In this document: positions 1 through 12,300 of the stretch, piece after piece | Numbering within the stretch: position 1 is the first letter of the stretch | Layout: each line of letters opens with the position of its first letter | Origin: Octopus sinensis | Lineage: Eukaryota | DNA length: 64,000 nt | Direction of reading: 5' to 3' | NCBI RefSeq assembly: GCF_006345805.1 | Contig: NC_043009.1 | Location: 16,678,001-16,742,000, forward strand | The notes under the pieces: model-generated | The model's database searches: none | What the model was told of the DNA's origin: nothing | What the model saw: the letters and a program-made list of their open reading frames with translations, nothing else | Translations under genes and position numbers: made by a program

Positions 1-557
1 AAATTTCCTGCTCAATAAGATACTGGCTTATTGAAGGTAATAATTGCAGTATGATCAGGTACCGATTCCAGAGGAGTTCAATGAAGTGAGGAAAAGTGAA
101 ACAACAAAACACTTGCAGTGAATCTGAATCAAGAGTCATTGAGGATATAGTTTAATACCTTAAGTTTTCAATCATTTTGCCTTCATGTATGGGTCGTAAG
201 GGTCCTAATTTTCAAATAAGTGTATAAAGAGGGTTTCCTCACATAAATATTTAGGAAGTAGGAAGGTATAATGTTCAGGCATTTTTCAGAAACATTAATT
301 GAATTGGGATAGGAAATGAAATTTAATAACGAATTCAGTTGCTAAAGAGTTTAGAGACAAACTACAGTAGTTGCCACAACAATTAGATACTCTTGCTGCC
401 ATTAACCAATTTACCAAGAATGGGAGTAACAACTATTTTCATAGGCAACCAGAGGTAAGCAAACTAATGCAACAGTACCATAAATGCTCAGAGTCGCAGA
501 ACAAATGACTACATAGTCTTGTTTGAACTTGTGACAATGACTGACTTTCATATTTAT

Positions 558-770
558 CCCTTTAGCATTTAAACCGGCCATGTCCAGCCAAATTATTCTA
601 CATCTTTTATGTTCAAAGATCTGGCCTCTTCCATCTGCCCTGTAATATAATTCTAAAAATAAACAACCACACCATCAAAATCTTGAAGCAACAAGATAAT
701 GCTTGATTAGTTCAAAACAATATGAATAAATAAGTATTAGATTTGACAGAATAATCTAAATACTAAAGGG
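558..770. mobile_element. piggyBac-type MITE, copy 1
   Basis: Terminal inverted repeats CCCTTTAGCATTTAAA...TCTAAATACTAAAGGG. Right flank is TTAA, left flank TTAT (degenerate). Internal sequence matches 2992-3211 and, inverted, 47775-48320. Confidence 0.7.
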
Positions 771-812
771 TTAAAGAAATAAATATAAAACAGAATGATT
801 CCGTTTCCTCAC

Positions 813-974
813 CTGGTCTTTTGTCCAAGACTCTTTACCAGCAGTTAGTACCAACTCTTCACAGCTATCACACACCTGCCAATACTGTTGTATATTCCAC
901 ACATTACTATAGTCTTTGTAATGCAATATATGACGACTGTCTTTATACAGTTGGCTAATGATACCATGAAGAAG
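813..974 (-). CDS. Candidate internal coding exon of an unidentified host gene (LLHGIISQLYKDSRHILHYKDYSNVWNIQQYWQVCDSCEELVLTAGKESWTKDQ)
   Basis: Minus strand has a pyrimidine tract ending TTTTTCAG at 975-976 and donor CAG|GTGAGG at 812. 162 nt = 54 codons, open only in phase 0. No family recognised. Confidence 0.6.
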
Positions 975-1834
975 CTGAAAAATAAAAACAATAAATTTTA
1001 AGAAAATAGAAGAGACGATGATGATAATTATCCAGACTGCCAACACATGATGAGGAATGAAAGAGCTTCTCTCTCGAGTTGATCAAAACGAAGCTAAATT
1101 CTCTCAAATCCCACTCTAATGTATTAAAAATTGCACACTGTGCAATATAGTCCTATAGTTAGAAAATAACGAGATGGTCATAGCTGGAATGCTTTTGGTT
1201 ATTAGTCTACTCAATCAGGGTTGACTCGGAGCTAAACAACAGCATGGGCAACTCACTTTGGTTTATAGAGAGTTCTTTATGTTCTGGTTGCCAACACATA
1301 AATGTTTTCTTCTAACAAGAACAAATAAAAGGAGGGAACCAGAAGTAATACAAAACATTTGTGGAACAGATATCAACTGACGACAGAATCATTGTTAATA
1401 ACTACATCCAGAGTTTCGAAACAGTTGTATCTCACAATCATAAAAAAATAAATCTGGTGATTCTACACCAGCATTCAGGTTCCGCCAGCAGAATATGAGG
1501 CATTTATTTGCAAGTGAGAGATAACCTTCTCAGTCAATTAGAGAGAAAGAAATTTGGTGAAAAAGTGTCTTTTCATGAATGTCAGGCGTAGATGATTGCA
1601 GTAATATGGACACATATTGTGAATCAATGATAAACACTAGGTGAACAAGAGGCATGCTGGAGATGAAAGATAATAGAAGAGACAATAAGGGAAATAGCAA
1701 GTAGGGTAATAATGATAATGAATCTGGAATGTCAGACTGACAACAATACAAATTACACATGATGGAGAATGAAAAAGCCTCTCTGTGAGAGTAGAAAAAA
1801 GTTACACCACACATGGATATGTGGGGATTTTGAA

Positions 1835-2015
1835 ATGCAACTGGTATTACTTGTCTTGAAACCCTCCACACTCTTCACATTTCCCAAGCCAAATCCTGGT
1901 ATTTTCTCCAGTTCGTTGACTGCTACATTCCTGCCTGTAGATATAGCCATATCTATGATGATGCATTCTTTTTTGCCCTTTGTCAAGCACAATAATACCT
2001 GGTCACCTTACACGT
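1835..2015 (-). pseudogene. Relic of the restriction-like endonuclease domain of an R2/R4/NeSL-type non-LTR retrotransposon
   Basis: Joining frames across two frameshifts gives R*PGIIVLDK/KKECIIIDMAISTGRNVAVNELEK/KYQDLAWEM*RVWRVSRQVIPV, matching the RPD..IID..K..KY.DL..E...W...VIPV pattern of RLE domains. Confidence 0.7.
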
Positions 2016-2908
2016 CTGGAGGACTTTTTTTCAAATCTTACAAGAAATCAGAAAAATACATGAGTATATCTGTAACTATTTCATACACATTCAGCGTCTT
2101 TGAAATCTAAGACCAGTTGCCGCCAGGCTACTGAATCAGCACGCTTGCAGCATTGTTCTTAAGGTGCCAAATACACTTTACTAAAGAAGCAGGTGCAGAA
2201 GTATTTCGCACCTGTAGTGCTGTTAAAAGTAAAGTATTTACATATTTGCCATCAAATATCAGTGCAGTGCTTCATGATTTGAAAGTTTATTGGTAAATGA
2301 AATGTTATATTGGTATGTCCCGTATTATGATGTATTCCATCATCTGCACGACTGACCCGTACGGTGTACCTCGCCGACTGACACTGCTTGCTGTGTCTGT
2401 CCACCAATTATTGGTAGTGGAACAGCCCACTTAGGGGTGTCTGCCACAACACCTACTCCCTTTGGGGTTTTTTCTTCTTTCACAGTATTATATTTTTTTT
2501 GTTTCATTTCTTTTTCTTCTACACACTGAATTTTTTTTCTCTTCAGAATGCCGCAGATAATACCAGTCTACATTGTTTACTGGTAGCGCTACTAACACAT
2601 AGCAACCTGACTAAAATCCTTCACACGGATTTAAATTATTTTTCACTGTGTGTAGTTCAGTTCCATGTTAGAGTTCCAGTTTTATCTTTTCACTGTGTGT
2701 ATATTATTTTTACTGTGTGTAGTTGCAAACTACAGTATACATGTGATCACAAAAACACAAATTTCACAACTTGCAAAGTAAACACAGCGACAGTATTTGT
2801 CACATTGCCTCATGAAGAGCACAGCTAACTCTCAATCTACATGCAACCATGTGCTGCCATCTGTTGGCATGCTACAGATCTAGTCCAGGAACTTTTTGAT
2901 ATCACCTC

Positions 2909-2909
<1 letters not shown>

Positions 2910-2941
<32 letters not shown>
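2910..2941. repeat. (TA)n microsatellite
   Basis: Seen directly. Confidence 0.95.
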
Positions 2942-2944
<3 letters not shown>

Positions 2945-3377
2945 TAATCCCTCACCATGTCGCAGTTCACCTATCATGGTTTATTCTTAAACCCTTTAGT
3001 GTTTAAACCGGCCATATCTGGCCCAGATATTCCACATGTTTTATATTCAAACTGGCGATATCTAGCCCCTCACACCTAACCTATACTGAAACTCTAAAAA
3101 TAAACAATCACGTCATTGAAACCTCAAAGCTATGAGATAATGTATGATTAATTCAAAACAATTTGAGTGAAAAAGTATTACATTTAACAGAGTAATCTGA
3201 ACACTAAAGGGTTAAACTTATGTCGATTCTTCTGTGATGTTTTACATTTATAATAAAATATATACAAATCATAAAAGTAATAAAAAAAATATACAGTACA
3301 GTAGTTTCTACTTCATGGATTTTCACCTATCACAGGGGTTTTGGAACATAACACCTGTGATAGTCAAGGGATTACTG
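2942..3377. mobile_element. Tc1/mariner (pogo/Tigger-like) MITE interrupted by a piggyBac-type MITE
   Basis: TIRs CAGTAATCCCT...AGGGATTACTG with a TA context at the left end. CAGT termini are typical of pogo/Tigger elements. Confidence 0.65.
2992..3211. mobile_element. piggyBac-type MITE, copy 2
   Basis: TIRs CCCTTTAGTGTTTAAA...TCTGAACACTAAAGGG flanked by TTAA(A) and TTAA. Homologous to 558-770. Confidence 0.75.
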
Positions 3378-3387
3378 TGTATATATA

Positions 3388-6300
3388 ATCATTGTTTAAC
3401 ATCCACCTCCCATGCTGGCATGGGTTGGACGGTTTGACTGAGGACTGGCAAGCCAGGAGGCTGCACCAGGCTCCAATCTGATCTGGCAATCTGATCTACA
3501 ATCTGATCAGGCTCCAATCTGATCAACAGCTGGATGCCCTTCCTAATGCCAACCCCTCTGAGAGTGTAGTGAGTGCTTTTTACGTGCCACTGGCATGAGA
3601 GCCAGTCAGGCAGCACTGGCATCAACCATGCTCAAATGAAGCTTTTTACGTGCCACTGGTACGTACGATGCCAGTCAGGCAGCACTGGCATCAACCATGC
3701 TCAAATGAAGCTTTTTACGTGCCACTGGTACGTACGATGCCAGTCAGGCAGCACTGGCATCAACCATGCTCAAATGAAGCTTTTTACGTGCCACTGGTAC
3801 GTACGATGCCAGTCAGGCAGCACTGGCATCAACCATGCTCAAATGAAGCTTTTTACGTGCCACTGGTACGTACGATGCCAGTCAGGCAGCACTGGCATCA
3901 ACCATGCTCAAATGAAGCTTTTTACGTGCCACTGGTACGTACGATGCCAGTCAGGCAGCACTGGCATCAACAATGCTCAAATGAAGCTTTTTACGTGCCA
4001 CTGGTACGTACGATGCCAGTCAGGCAGCACTGGCATCAACCATGCTCAAATGAAGCTTTTTACGTGCCACTGGTACGTACGATGCCAGTCAGGCAGCACT
4101 GGCATCAACCATGCTCAAATGAAGCTTTTTACGTGCCACTGGTACGTACGATGCCAGTCAGGCAGCACTGGCATCAACAATGCTGAAATGAAGCTTTTTA
4201 CGTGCCACTGGTACGTACGATGCCAGTCAGGCAGCACTGGCATCAACCATGCTCAAATGAAGCTTTTTACGTGCCACTGGTACGTACGATGCCAGTCAGG
4301 CAGCACTGGCATCAACCATGCTCAAATAGAACCTTTTTACGTGCCACTGGTACGTACGATGCCAGTCAGGCAGCACTGGCATCAACAATGCTCAAATGAA
4401 GCTTTTTACGTGCCACTGGTACGTACGATGCCAGTCAGGCAGCACTGGCATCAACCATGCTCAAATGAAGCTTTTTACGTGCCACTGGTACGTACGATGC
4501 CAGTCAGGCAGCACTGGCATCAACCATGCTCAAATGAAGCTTTTTACGTGCCACTGGTACGTACGATGCCAGTCAGGCAGCACTGGCATCAACCATGCTC
4601 AAATGAAGCTTTTTACGTGCCACTGGTACGTACGATGCCAGTCAGGCAGCACTGGCATCAACCATGCTCAAATGAAGCTTTTTACGCGCCACTGGTACGT
4701 ACGATGCCAGTCAGGCAGCACTGGCATCAACAATGCTCAAATGAAGCTTTTTACGTGCCACTGGTACGTACGATGCCAGTCAGGCAGCACTGGCATCAAC
4801 CATGCTCAAATGAAGCTTTTTACGTGCCACTGGTACGTACGATGCCAGTCAGGCAGCACTGGCATCAACCATGCTCAAATAGAACCTTTTTACGTGCCAC
4901 TGGTACGTACGATGCCAGTCAGGCAGCACTGGCATCAACAATGCTCAAATGAAGCTTTTTACGTGCCACTGGTACGTACGATGCCAGTCAGGCAGCACTG
5001 GCATCAACCATGCTCAAATGAAGCTTTTTACGTGCCACTGGTACGTACGATGCCAGTCAGGCAGCACTGGCATCAACCATGCTCAAATGAAGCTTTTTAC
5101 GTGCCACTGGTACGTACGATGCCAGTCAGGCAGCACTGGCATCAACCATGCTCAAATGAAGCTTTTTACGTGCCACTGGTACGTACGATGCCAGTCAGGC
5201 AGCACTGGCATCAACAATGCTCAAATGAAGCTTTTTACTTGCCACTGGTACGTACGATGCCAGTCAGGCAGCACTGGCATCAACAATGCTCAAATGAAGC
5301 TTTTTACGTGCCACTGGTACGTACGATGCCAGTCAGGCAGCACTGGCATCAACCATGCTCAAATGAAGCTTTTTACGTGCCACTGGTACGTACGATGCCA
5401 GTCAGGCAGCACTGGCATCAACAATGCTCAAATGAAGCTTTTTACGTGCCACTGGTACGTACGATGCCAGTCAGGCAGCACTGGCATCAACCATGCTCAA
5501 ATGAAGCTTTTTACGTGCCACTGGTACGTACGATGCCAGTCAGGCAGCACTGGCATCAACCATGCTCAAATGAAGCTTTTTACGTGCCACTGGTACGTAC
5601 GATGCCAGTCAGGCAGCACTGGCATCAACCATGCTCAAATGAAGCTTTTTACGTGCCACTGGTACGTACGATGCCAGTCAGGCAGCACTGGCATCAACAA
5701 TGCTCAAATGAAGCTTTTTACGTGCCACTGGTACGTACGATGCCAGTCAGGCAGCACTGGCATCAACCATGCTCAAATGAAGCTTTTTACGTGCCACTGG
5801 TACGTACGATGCCAGTCAGGCAGCACTGGCATCAACCATGCTCAAATGAAGCTTTTTACGTGCCACTGGTACGTACGATGCCAGTCAGGCAGCACTGGCA
5901 TCAACAATGCTCAAATGAAGCTTTTTACGTGCCACTGGTACGTACGATGCCAGTCAGGCAGCACTGGCATCAACCATGCTCAAATGAAGCTTTTTACGTG
6001 CCACTGGTACGTACGATGCCAGTCAGGCAGCACTGGCATCAACCATGCTCAAATGAAGCTTTTTACGTGCCACTGGTACGTACGATGCCAGTCAGGCAGC
6101 ACTGGCATCAACAATGCTCAAATGAAGCTTTTTACGTGCCACTGGTACGTACGATGCCAGTCAGGCAGCACTGGCATCAACCATGCTCAAATGAAGCTTT
6201 TTACGTGCCACTGGTACGTACGATGCCAGTCAGGCAGCACTGGCATCAACAATGCTCAAATGAAGCTTTTTACGTGCCACTGGTACGTACGATGCCAGTC

Positions 6301-9300
6301 AGGCAGCACTGGCATCAACCATGCTCAAATGAAGCTTTTTACGTGCCACTGGTACGTACGATGCCAGTCAGGCAGCACTGGCATCAACCATGCTCAAATG
6401 AAGCTTTTTACGTGCCACTGGTACGTACGATGCCAGTCAGGCAGCACTGGCATCAACCATGCTCAAATGAAGCTTTTTACGTGCCACTGGTACGTACGAT
6501 GCCAGTCAGGCAGCACTGGCATCAACAATGCTCAAATGAAGCTTTTTACGTGCCACTGGTACGTACGATGCCAGTCAGGCAGCACTGGCATCAACCATGC
6601 TCAAATGAAGCTTTTTACGTGCCACTGGTACGTACGATGCCAGTCAGGCAGCACTGGCATCAACCATGCTCAAATGAAGCTTTTTACGTGCCACTGGTAC
6701 GTACGATGCCAGTCAGGCAGCACTGGCATCAACCATGCTCAAATGAAGCTTTTTACGTGCCACTGGTACGTACGATGCCAGTCAGGCAGCACTGGCATCA
6801 ACCATGCTCAAATGAAGCTTTTTACGTGCCACTGGTACGTACGATGCCAGTCAGGCAGCACTGGCATCAACAATGCTCAAATGAAGCTTTTTACGTGCCA
6901 CTGGTACGTACGATGCCAGTCAGGCAGCACTGGCATCAACCATGCTCAAATGAAGCTTTTTACGTGCCACTGGTACGTACGATGCCAGTCAGGCAGCACT
7001 GGCATCAACCATGCTCAAATGAAGCTTTTTACGTGCCACTGGTACGTACGATGCCAGTCAGGCAGCACTGGCATCAACAATGCTCAAATGAAGCTTTTTA
7101 CGTGCCACTGGTACGTACGATGCCAGTCAGGCAGCACTGGCATCAACCATGCTCAAATGAAGCTTTTTACGTGCCACTGGTACGTACGATGCCAGTCAGG
7201 CAGCACTGGCATCAACCATGCTCAAATGAAGCTTTTTACGTGCCACTGGTACGTACGATGCCAGTCAGGCAGCACTGGCATCAACCATGCTCAAATGAAG
7301 CTTTTTACGTGCCACTGGTACGTACGATGCCAGTCAGGCAGCACTGGCATCAACCATGCTCAAATGAAGCTTTTTACGTGCCACTGGTACGTACGATGCC
7401 AGTCAGGCAGCACTGGCATCAACAATGCTCAAATGAAGCTTTTTACGTGCCACTGGTACGTACGATGCCAGTCAGGCAGCACTGGCATCAACCATGCTCA
7501 AATGAAGCTTTTTACGTGCCACTGGTACGTACGATGCCAGTCAGGCAGCACTGGCATCAACCATGCTCAAATGAAGCTTTTTACGTGCCACTGGTACGTA
7601 CGATGCCAGTCAGGCAGCACTGGCATCAACATGCTCAAATGAAGCTTTTTACGTGCCACTGGTACGTACGATGCCAGTCAGGCAGCACTGGCATCAACAA
7701 TGCTCAAATGAAGCTTTTTACGTGCCACTGGTACGTACGATGCCAGTCAGGCAGCACTGGCATCAACCATGCTCAAATGAAGCTTTTTACGTGCCACTGG
7801 TACGTACGATGCCAGTCAGGCAGCACTGGCATCAACAATGCTCAAATGAAGCTTTTTACGTGCCACTGGTACGTACGATGCCAGTCAGGCAGCACTGGCA
7901 TCAACAATGCTCAAATGAAGCTTTTTACGTGCCACTGGTACGTACGATGCCAGTCAGGCAGCACTGGCATCAACCATGCTCAAATGAAGCTTTTTACGTG
8001 CCACTGGTACGTACGATGCCAGTCAGGCAGCACTGGCATCAACCATGCTCAAATGAAGCTTTTTACGTGCCACTGGTACGTACGATGCCAGTCAGGCAGC
8101 ACTGGCATCAACCATGCTCAAATGAAGCTTTTTACGTGCCACTGGTACGTACGATGCCAGTCAGGCAGCACTGGCATCAACAATGCTCAAATGAAGCTTT
8201 TTACGTGCCACTGGTACGTACGATGCCAGTCAGGCAGCACTGGCATCAACAATGCTCAAATGAAGCTTTTTACGTGCCACTGGTACGTACGATGCCAGTC
8301 AGGCAGCACTGGCATCAACCATGCTCAAATGAAGCTTTTTACGTGCCACTGGTACGTACGATGCCAGTCAGGCAGCACTGGCATCAACCATGCTCAAATG
8401 AAGCTTTTTACGTGCCACTGGTACGTACGATGCCAGTCAGGCAGCACTGGCATCAACCATGCTCAAATGAAGCTTTTTACGTGCCACTGGTACGTACGAT
8501 GCCAGTCAGGCAGCACTGGCATCAACAATGCTCAAATGAAGCTTTTTACGTGCCACTGGTACGTACGATGCCAGTCAGGCAGCACTGGCATCAACCATGC
8601 TCAAATGAAGCTTTTTACGTGCCACTGGTACGTACGATGCCAGTCAGGCAGCACTGGCATCAACAATGCTCAAATGAAGCTTTTTACGTGCCACTGGTAC
8701 GTACGATGCCAGTCAGGCAGCACTGGCATCAACCATGCTCAAATGAAGCTTTTTACGTGCCACTGGTACGTACGATGCCAGTCAGGCAGCACTGGCATCA
8801 ACCATGCTCAAATGAAGCTTTTTACGTGCCACTGGTACGTACGATGCCAGTCAGGCAGCACTGGCATCAACAATGCTCAAATGAAGCTTTTTACGTGCCA
8901 CTGGTACGTACGATGCCAGTCAGGCAGCACTGGCATCAACATGCTCAAATGAAGCTTTTTACGTGCCACTGGTACGTACGATGCCAGTCAGGCAGCACTG
9001 GCATCAACCATGCTCAAATGAAGCTTTTTACGTGCCACTGGTACGTACGATGCCAGTCAGGCAGCACTGGCATCAACAATGCTCAAATGAAGCTTTTTAC
9101 GTGCCACTGGTACGTACGATGCCAGTCAGGCAGCACTGGCATCAACAATGCTCAAATGAAGCTTTTTACGTGCCACTGGTACGTACGATGCCAGTCAGGC
9201 AGCACTGGCATCAACCATGCTCAAATGAAGCTTTTTACGTGCCACTGGTACGTACGATGCCAGTCAGGCAGCACTGGCATCAACCATGCTCAAATGAAGC

Positions 9301-12300
9301 TTTTTACGTGCCACTGGTACGTACGATGCCAGTCAGGCAGCACTGGCATCAACCATGCTCAAATGAAGCTTTTTACGTGCCACTGGTACGTACGATGCCA
9401 GTCAGGCAGCACTGGCATCAACATGCTCAAATGAAGCTTTTTACGTGCCACTGGTACGTACGATGCCAGTCAGGCAGCACTGGCATCAACAATGCTCAAA
9501 TGAAGCTTTTTACGTGCCACTGGTACGTACGATGCCAGTCAGGCAGCACTGGCATCAACCATGCTCAAATGAAGCTTTTTACGTGCCACTGGTACGTACG
9601 ATGCCAGTCAGGCAGCACTGGCATCAACCATGCTCAAATGAAGCTTTTTACGTGCCACTGGTACGTACGATGCCAGTCAGGCAGCACTGGCATCAACCAT
9701 GCTCAAATGAAGCTTTTTACGTGCCACTGGTACGTACGATGCCAGTCAGGCAGCACTGGCATCAACCATGCTCAAATGAAGCTTTTTACGTGCCACTGGT
9801 ACGTACGATGCCAGTCAGGCAGCACTGGCATCAACAATGCTCAAATGAAGCTTTTTACGTGCCACTGGTACGTACGATGCCAGTCAGGCAGCACTGGCAT
9901 CAACAATGCTCAAATGAAGCTTTTTACGTGCCACTGGTACGTACGATGCCAGTCAGGCAGCACTGGCATCAACAATGCTCAAATGAAGCTTTTTACGTGC
10001 CACTGGTACGTACGATGCCAGTCAGGCAGCACTGGCATCAACCATGCTCAAATGAAGCTTTTTACGTGCCACTGGTACGTACGATGCCAGTCAGGCAGCA
10101 CTGGCATCAACCATGCTCAAATGAAGCTTTTTACGTGCCACTGGTACGTACGATGCCAGTCAGGCAGCACTGGCATCAACCATGCTCAAATGAAGCTTTT
10201 TACGTGCCACTGGTACGTACGATGCCAGTCAGGCAGCACTGGCATCAACCATGCTCAAATGAAGCTTTTTACGTGCCACTGGTACGTACGATGCCAGTCA
10301 GGCAGCACTGGCATCAACAATGCTCAAATGAAGCTTTTTACGTGCCACTGGTACGTACGATGCCAGTCAGGCAGCACTGGCATCAACAATGCTCAAATGA
10401 AGCTTTTTACGTGCCACTGGTACGTACGATGCCAGTCAGGCAGCACTGGCATCAACATGCTCAAATGAAGCTTTTTACGTGCCACTGGTACGTACGATGC
10501 CAGTCAGGCAGCACTGGCATCAACCATGCTCAAATGAAGCTTTTTACGTGCCACTGGTACGTACGATGCCAGTCAGGCAGCACTGGCATCAACCATGCTC
10601 AAATGAAGCTTTTTACGTGCCACTGGTACGTACGATGCCAGTCAGGCAGCACTGGCATCAACAATGCTCAAATGAAGCTTTTTACGTGCCACTGGTACGT
10701 ACGATGCCAGTCAGGCAGCACTGGCATCAACCATGCTCAAATGAAGCTTTTTACGTGCCACTGGTACGTACGATGCCAGTCAGGCAGCACTGGCATCAAC
10801 AATGCTCAAATGAAGCTTTTTACGTGCCACTGGTACGTACGATGCCAGTCAGGCAGCACTGGCATCAACAATGCTCAAATGAAGCTTTTTACGTGCCACT
10901 GGTACGTACGATGCCAGTCAGGCAGCACTGGCATCAACCATGCTCAAATGAAGCTTTTTACGTGCCACTGGTACGTACGATGCCAGTCAGGCAGCACTGG
11001 CATCAACCATGCTCAAATGAAGCTTTTTACGTGCCACTGGTACGTACGATGCCAGTCAGGCAGCACTGGCATCAACATGCTCAAATGAAGCTTTTTACGT
11101 GCCACTGGTACGTACGATGCCAGTCAGGCAGCACTGGCATCAACAATGCTCAAATGAAGCTTTTTACGTGCCACTGGTACGTACGATGCCAGTCAGGCAG
11201 CACTGGCATCAACAATGCTCAAATGAAGCTTTTTACGTGCCACTGGTACGTACGATGCCAGTCAGGCAGCACTGGCATCAACAATGCTCAAATGAAGCTT
11301 TTTACGTGCCACTGGTACGTACGATGCCAGTCAGGCAGCACTGGCATCAACCATGCTCAAATGAAGCTTTTTACGTGCCACTGGTACGTACGATGCCAGT
11401 CAGGCAGCACTGGCATCAACCATGCTCAAATGAAGCTTTTTACGTGCCACTGGTACGTACGATGCCAGTCAGGCAGCACTGGCATCAACCATGCTCAAAT
11501 GAAGCTTTTTACGTGCCACTGGTACGTACGATGCCAGTCAGGCAGCACTGGCATCAACATGCTCAAATGAAGCTTTTTACGTGCCACTGGTACGTACGAT
11601 GCCAGTCAGGCAGCACTGGCATCAACAATGCTCAAATGAAGCTTTTTACGTGCCACTGGTACGTACGATGCCAGTCAGGCAGCACTGGCATCAACAATGC
11701 TCAAATGAAGCTTTTTACGTGCCACTGGTACGTACGATGCCAGTCAGGCAGCACTGGCATCAACCATGCTCAAATGAAGCTTTTTACGTGCCACTGGTAC
11801 GTACGATGCCAGTCAGGCAGCACTGGCATCAACCATGCTCAAATGAAGCTTTTTACGTGCCACTGGTACGTACGATGCCAGTCAGGCAGCACTGGCATCA
11901 ACATGCTCAAATGAAGCTTTTTACGTGCCACTGGTACGTACGATGCCAGTCAGGCAGCACTGGCATCAACCATGCTCAAATGAAGCTTTTTACGTGCCAC
12001 TGGTACGTACGATGCCAGTCAGGCAGCACTGGCATCAACAATGCTCAAATGAAGCTTTTTACGTGCCACTGGTACGTACGATGCCAGTCAGGCAGCACTG
12101 GCATCAACAATGCTCAAATGAAGCTTTTTACGTGCCACTGGTACGTACGATGCCAGTCAGGCAGCACTGGCATCAACAATGCTCAAATGAAGCTTTTTAC
12201 GTGCCACTGGTACGTACGATGCCAGTCAGGCAGCACTGGCATCAACAATGCTCAAATGAAGCTTTTTACGTGCCACTGGTACGTACGATGCCAGTCAGGC

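Noticed and set aside
3643-3711. Hammerhead ribozyme / retrozyme monomer
   Set aside because: No CUGANGA plus GAAA core on either strand of the unit; only CTGACTG on the minus strand. A covariance-model search would be needed to exclude other ribozyme classes.
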